Both the position numbers and the translations under genes were made by a program. Positions 60,501 through 64,000 of a stretch of DNA of 64,000 nucleotides are shown one piece after another (position 1 is the first letter of the stretch; every line of letters begins with the position of its first letter). Under the pieces are notes generated by a model. It was given only the letters and a program-made list of their open reading frames with translations, was not told the origin of the DNA and did no database searches. This DNA is from Macrostomum lignano (Eukaryota), in contig NIVC01002944.1 of assembly GCA_002269645.1 (NCBI GenBank), positions 62,001 through 126,000 on the forward strand, read 5' to 3'.

Positions 60501-63500
60501 ACACAGTATGTACCGATTAAAGTTGCTTTTGGTGCAGTGTATTTAATAAAAAGCTGGTACCTAACACAAAAGTAGGCATCAATGCAGTGCACGGGCTAAA
60601 CTGTATTTACAAACGCAGGGCAACGAACTACACACAATGTAGCGCATAGACATAATTGTACGCATAAATGTACGCAATTTCCGGTATATAGGACCAAATG
60701 TACACAATGTACACAAACACACACACACACACACACACTCAGGCGTATTCACAGCAAGAGCTTCCTGCCGATGGCGCCATCGCCTGCGGCGATCGGTGCT
60801 GCAGGATGCGCTGCAGGATGCGCCTGAGTGTGTGTGTGTGTGTGTGTGTGTTTGTGTACATTGTGTACATTTGGTCCTATATACCGGAAATTGCGTACAT
60901 TTATGCGTACAATTATGTCTATGCGCTACATTGTGTGTAGTTCGTTGCCCTGCGTTTGTAAATACAGTTTAGCCCGTGCACTGCATTGATGCCTACTTTT
61001 GTGTTAGGTACCTGCTTTTTATTAAATACACTGCACCAAAAGCAACTTTAATCGGTACATACTGTGTTTTTGTAGAGGTGCCGTATGCTTTTTAATACAT
61101 ATGTCTTTAGTGTAATTTGGTGTGCTTCTTCAACTTGGCTCGCGAATCTTGCACTATGGCTCTCTAGTGGAAAGTACTCTTACTTGTGCTGGTTGCGGGT
61201 GATTGTAAGGCTTTCTGCTTGACTTCTTTAGTTTACTTGATGGTTAAATGAGGAGTGGGAGCTGACGCGCCTACCTCGGGGAGGAATGCAGCCCTGCGGT
61301 CTGATGCAGCGCTTTCTGTTACCCCTCTCCGTCCGCACTGTACTTGGTCTCCGCTACGATCACCCCTTGGGGTTAAGAGTGGGCGGGTCCTTTGTACTCG
61401 ACCCTGGGTTAAAAACTCACATTTGGAGGCTCTGGGAGAGTTGCAGTGGAGTTCAACAAATTTCTGATAAGATCTCTTGCGGGGGCATGACACTCGTCTC
61501 GAAATAATAAAAACCTGAACAAGTGCTGGATGTCCTTACTAGTTGGCGGGTTGTTACCTCTACAATTGTGTACTATTTCTGTCAATATTTTCCCCTGCAT
61601 TATGTCAATATGTGCTACAGGGTGTCATAATATGATACTTTTACGCACTAATATGTACACTCGTATCATAATTTTCCTGCATTGTGTCTGCTTCTACATC
61701 TACGATGTGTGTATTTTAACCTATCCCCCGATATATAATATGTGCCTGCGATGTGTGGTAATATGCCGAAATGTACATGTACAAAATCAATAGTGTGTAT
61801 ATACGTCTGCATCGTTTTTGTCTATGTTTTAATAATATACACCTGCATTATACTGGCTTTCCATATGAGTGGCAACTCCTTTGTAACCTACAATTCGTTG
61901 GCTCAGTGTTAGTGGTATTTTGTAATTAAATTACTACGTCTAAATGTTGTATTATTATTGAATTCAATTATTATTGAATTTCACTCCTCATGTGCTAGGG
62001 AGGTCTAATTGTAATATAATCTTGCTATTAATCTACCATCTCTACTGTAAGTAGACTGTGACTTGGTGTCTGGCTCGAGTTGTGTACTCTTTGTATGAAT
62101 GCATTCTTGGTGTGTAACTCCTGACCATCCCTTCCCTCTGGGAGCACTGCAGGTAGACTAGTATGGCTTGGTATTCAGGGCTGGCGTGTGCACGTAATAC
62201 TCTGTAATATTTACCGGACTCGGGTGGGGAAGCTCGTTGTACGGCTCTCTCCGTGGGGTGTGATTCACCGCCTCTCTGTCCCGCGCCTCCTGCCAGGGCA
62301 GCTCTCTGTCCTGCGGGGGTGACTTACACACTGCCTCTCTGTCCCGCGCCGCGTGCTGCGACATGCCGGGTAGCGTCCTCTATCTCCTACTGCCTCCACG
62401 CACTCTCTGTCCCCCTCCTGCTACAGGAGGGCTGGTTGCTCGCTGTACAGGGCAGCGTCAGCATCTGGGTTTCCTTCCTGCACCGTCTACCCCACCACTA
62501 TACTGACTAACCGCATGCACACGACATTGGTGGGAGGGGCTGAGTTCCCACTGACGGGTGTACACCTACTCGACGCTGAAGGTACACTTGCTGAACGCCC
62601 ACCCTGTCAGATGTACACTTGCTGAACACCCATCCTGTCAGATGTACACTCGCTGGACGCCCACCCTGCCGGATGTACACCCCGCCGTCCCTTCCCTCCA
62701 GGAGCACTGCAAGTAGACTAGTATGGCTTGGTATTCGGAGTTGGCGTGTGTACGTAATATACTCTTTGTAATATTTACTTGACCTGGGTTTGTAAGTTCT
62801 AATAACATATAAATGACTACTGCTGACTAGTTGACGCATCTGGATGGTGTGATAAAAACTAGTAACGTACCGCGATTTCGAGAGAAATCCTAGCACAATA
62901 CTGTTCTGTCCGGCATGTGGAAAAGTATTTGCCCCGCCTTCGCTTACTCATACTGCACACAGACAAAGCTTATCTCTATTAGCAATCTGTTCGTGGTGGT
63001 TTAGAAGGATACTGTCTTCCTGTATATAGCTCTCTATCCCTTCATCACTCGTAATAACTTCATAAATGCTCGCTTGACCAATGGCTGGTACTGAACTAAT
63101 AATTCATACGATACATAATGGTTAATACTTTCTAACTCCGTACAGCTCACAAGTTTCTACTCTCTACCTTATCAGTAACATTAAAATAAAAAGGTAAAAT
63201 TTGCTGGTTTTGTGCCTTGTTTGCTTACTTTTCTATTAAAATACTTGCGGTTTATAATTGAAAATGTCTGCTTTTTATTCAATTTTATGTGGTTTGAAGG
63301 TTTATTTTTGCTAAAATGCCTGGTTTCTTATAAAAATTTCTACTCTCGACAATGATTGTGTCAGCTATTTCATTAAAATAACCTACTTTTGAATAAAACG
63401 TTGTATTTAAGCCCTAGTTTTTTTCAAAACATAATGGAAACCCTCACAACGCCCTTGGAACCTCCTCAAGCAGCTTACATAGAGCATGCAGACCCCGAAA

Positions 63501-64000
63501 CCCCCTCTAGTGTGCCCTGATTTCAGCGGTCTGACGGTTAAGATCTGTATTTTTACACTATATTTTCCTTCATGCAGCAATACAGGAGGGTTTGGTAGAG
63601 TGAGTCTGGCGGGAGAGGGGGCTTGTGGGGTGATGAGGATGCGTACACACAGTTTAGCCTGTTTTAGTCTACCTTTTGGGCTAATATGCTTACTATTATT
63701 ACTACTATTATACCTACTATGTACATACTATTATACTACCCACTATTAAACATGTTGCACTAAAACCAACTTTTGAAAATACATAGCGTGTTTTGGTCGA
63801 TTCTCCCTCACGTCTCTGTCCCTACACATGTGCTCTGCTCGCTTTGGTCTCTGCTTGTGTACCTCTCTGTAACGTCTCTGTATGCTCTGACTGGTTTCTC
63901 CGTCCCCGCACGCGCCGCTACTAAAGTTTGCTGTTACCTACCCCTACACACTGCTCTCTGTCTCCCTCCGCGCACACCTCTCTGGCCTTGCATGCAACTT
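57562..64000. repeat. Large near-perfect palindrome; left arm ends 60745, spacer 60746-60820, right arm starts 60821 and runs off the window
   Basis: ...ACACTCAGGCG / CGCCTGAGTGT.... Mirrored ORF pairs (59773-60036 with 61530-61793, 57813-58076 with 63486-63749) give a coordinate sum of about 121562-121566. Confidence 0.97.

Noticed and set aside
55037-64000. Parvovirus, Polinton or rDNA-palindrome identity for the palindromic block
   Set aside because: No Rep/NS1, polymerase, capsid, transposase or rRNA sequence is recognisable within the window.

Overview
Eukaryotic, intron-rich genomic DNA with GC-rich exons and introns full of private minisatellites. The style resembles Macrostomum-type flatworm assemblies (inference only). 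The main feature is a 21-exon minus-strand LRRK1-type Roco kinase gene (ANK-LRR-ROC-COR-kinase-WD40, about 2104 aa when two 1-nt homopolymer deletions are corrected), spanning 4036-40034. I reconstructed it exon by exon with consistent AG/GT boundaries and phases. Its kinase motifs are intact, but the ROC G1, G3 and G4 GTPase motifs are all replaced, which suggests a pseudo-GTPase. Its 12-kb intron 19 contains an antisense 2-exon MPPED-like gene that lacks most metal ligands. Upstream is a frameshifted SDR gene cut by a 362-N gap (43295-43656). After the gap, an inverted second copy of the LRRK 5' half (exons 1-12) runs to about 55036. It is then replaced by a non-coding block that forms a large palindrome centred at about 60783, with arms of at least 3.2 kb and a 75-bp spacer. 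Both inverted structures could be real or assembly artefacts. Most ORFs in the supplied track are translations of tandem repeats. Repeat coordinates are approximate.
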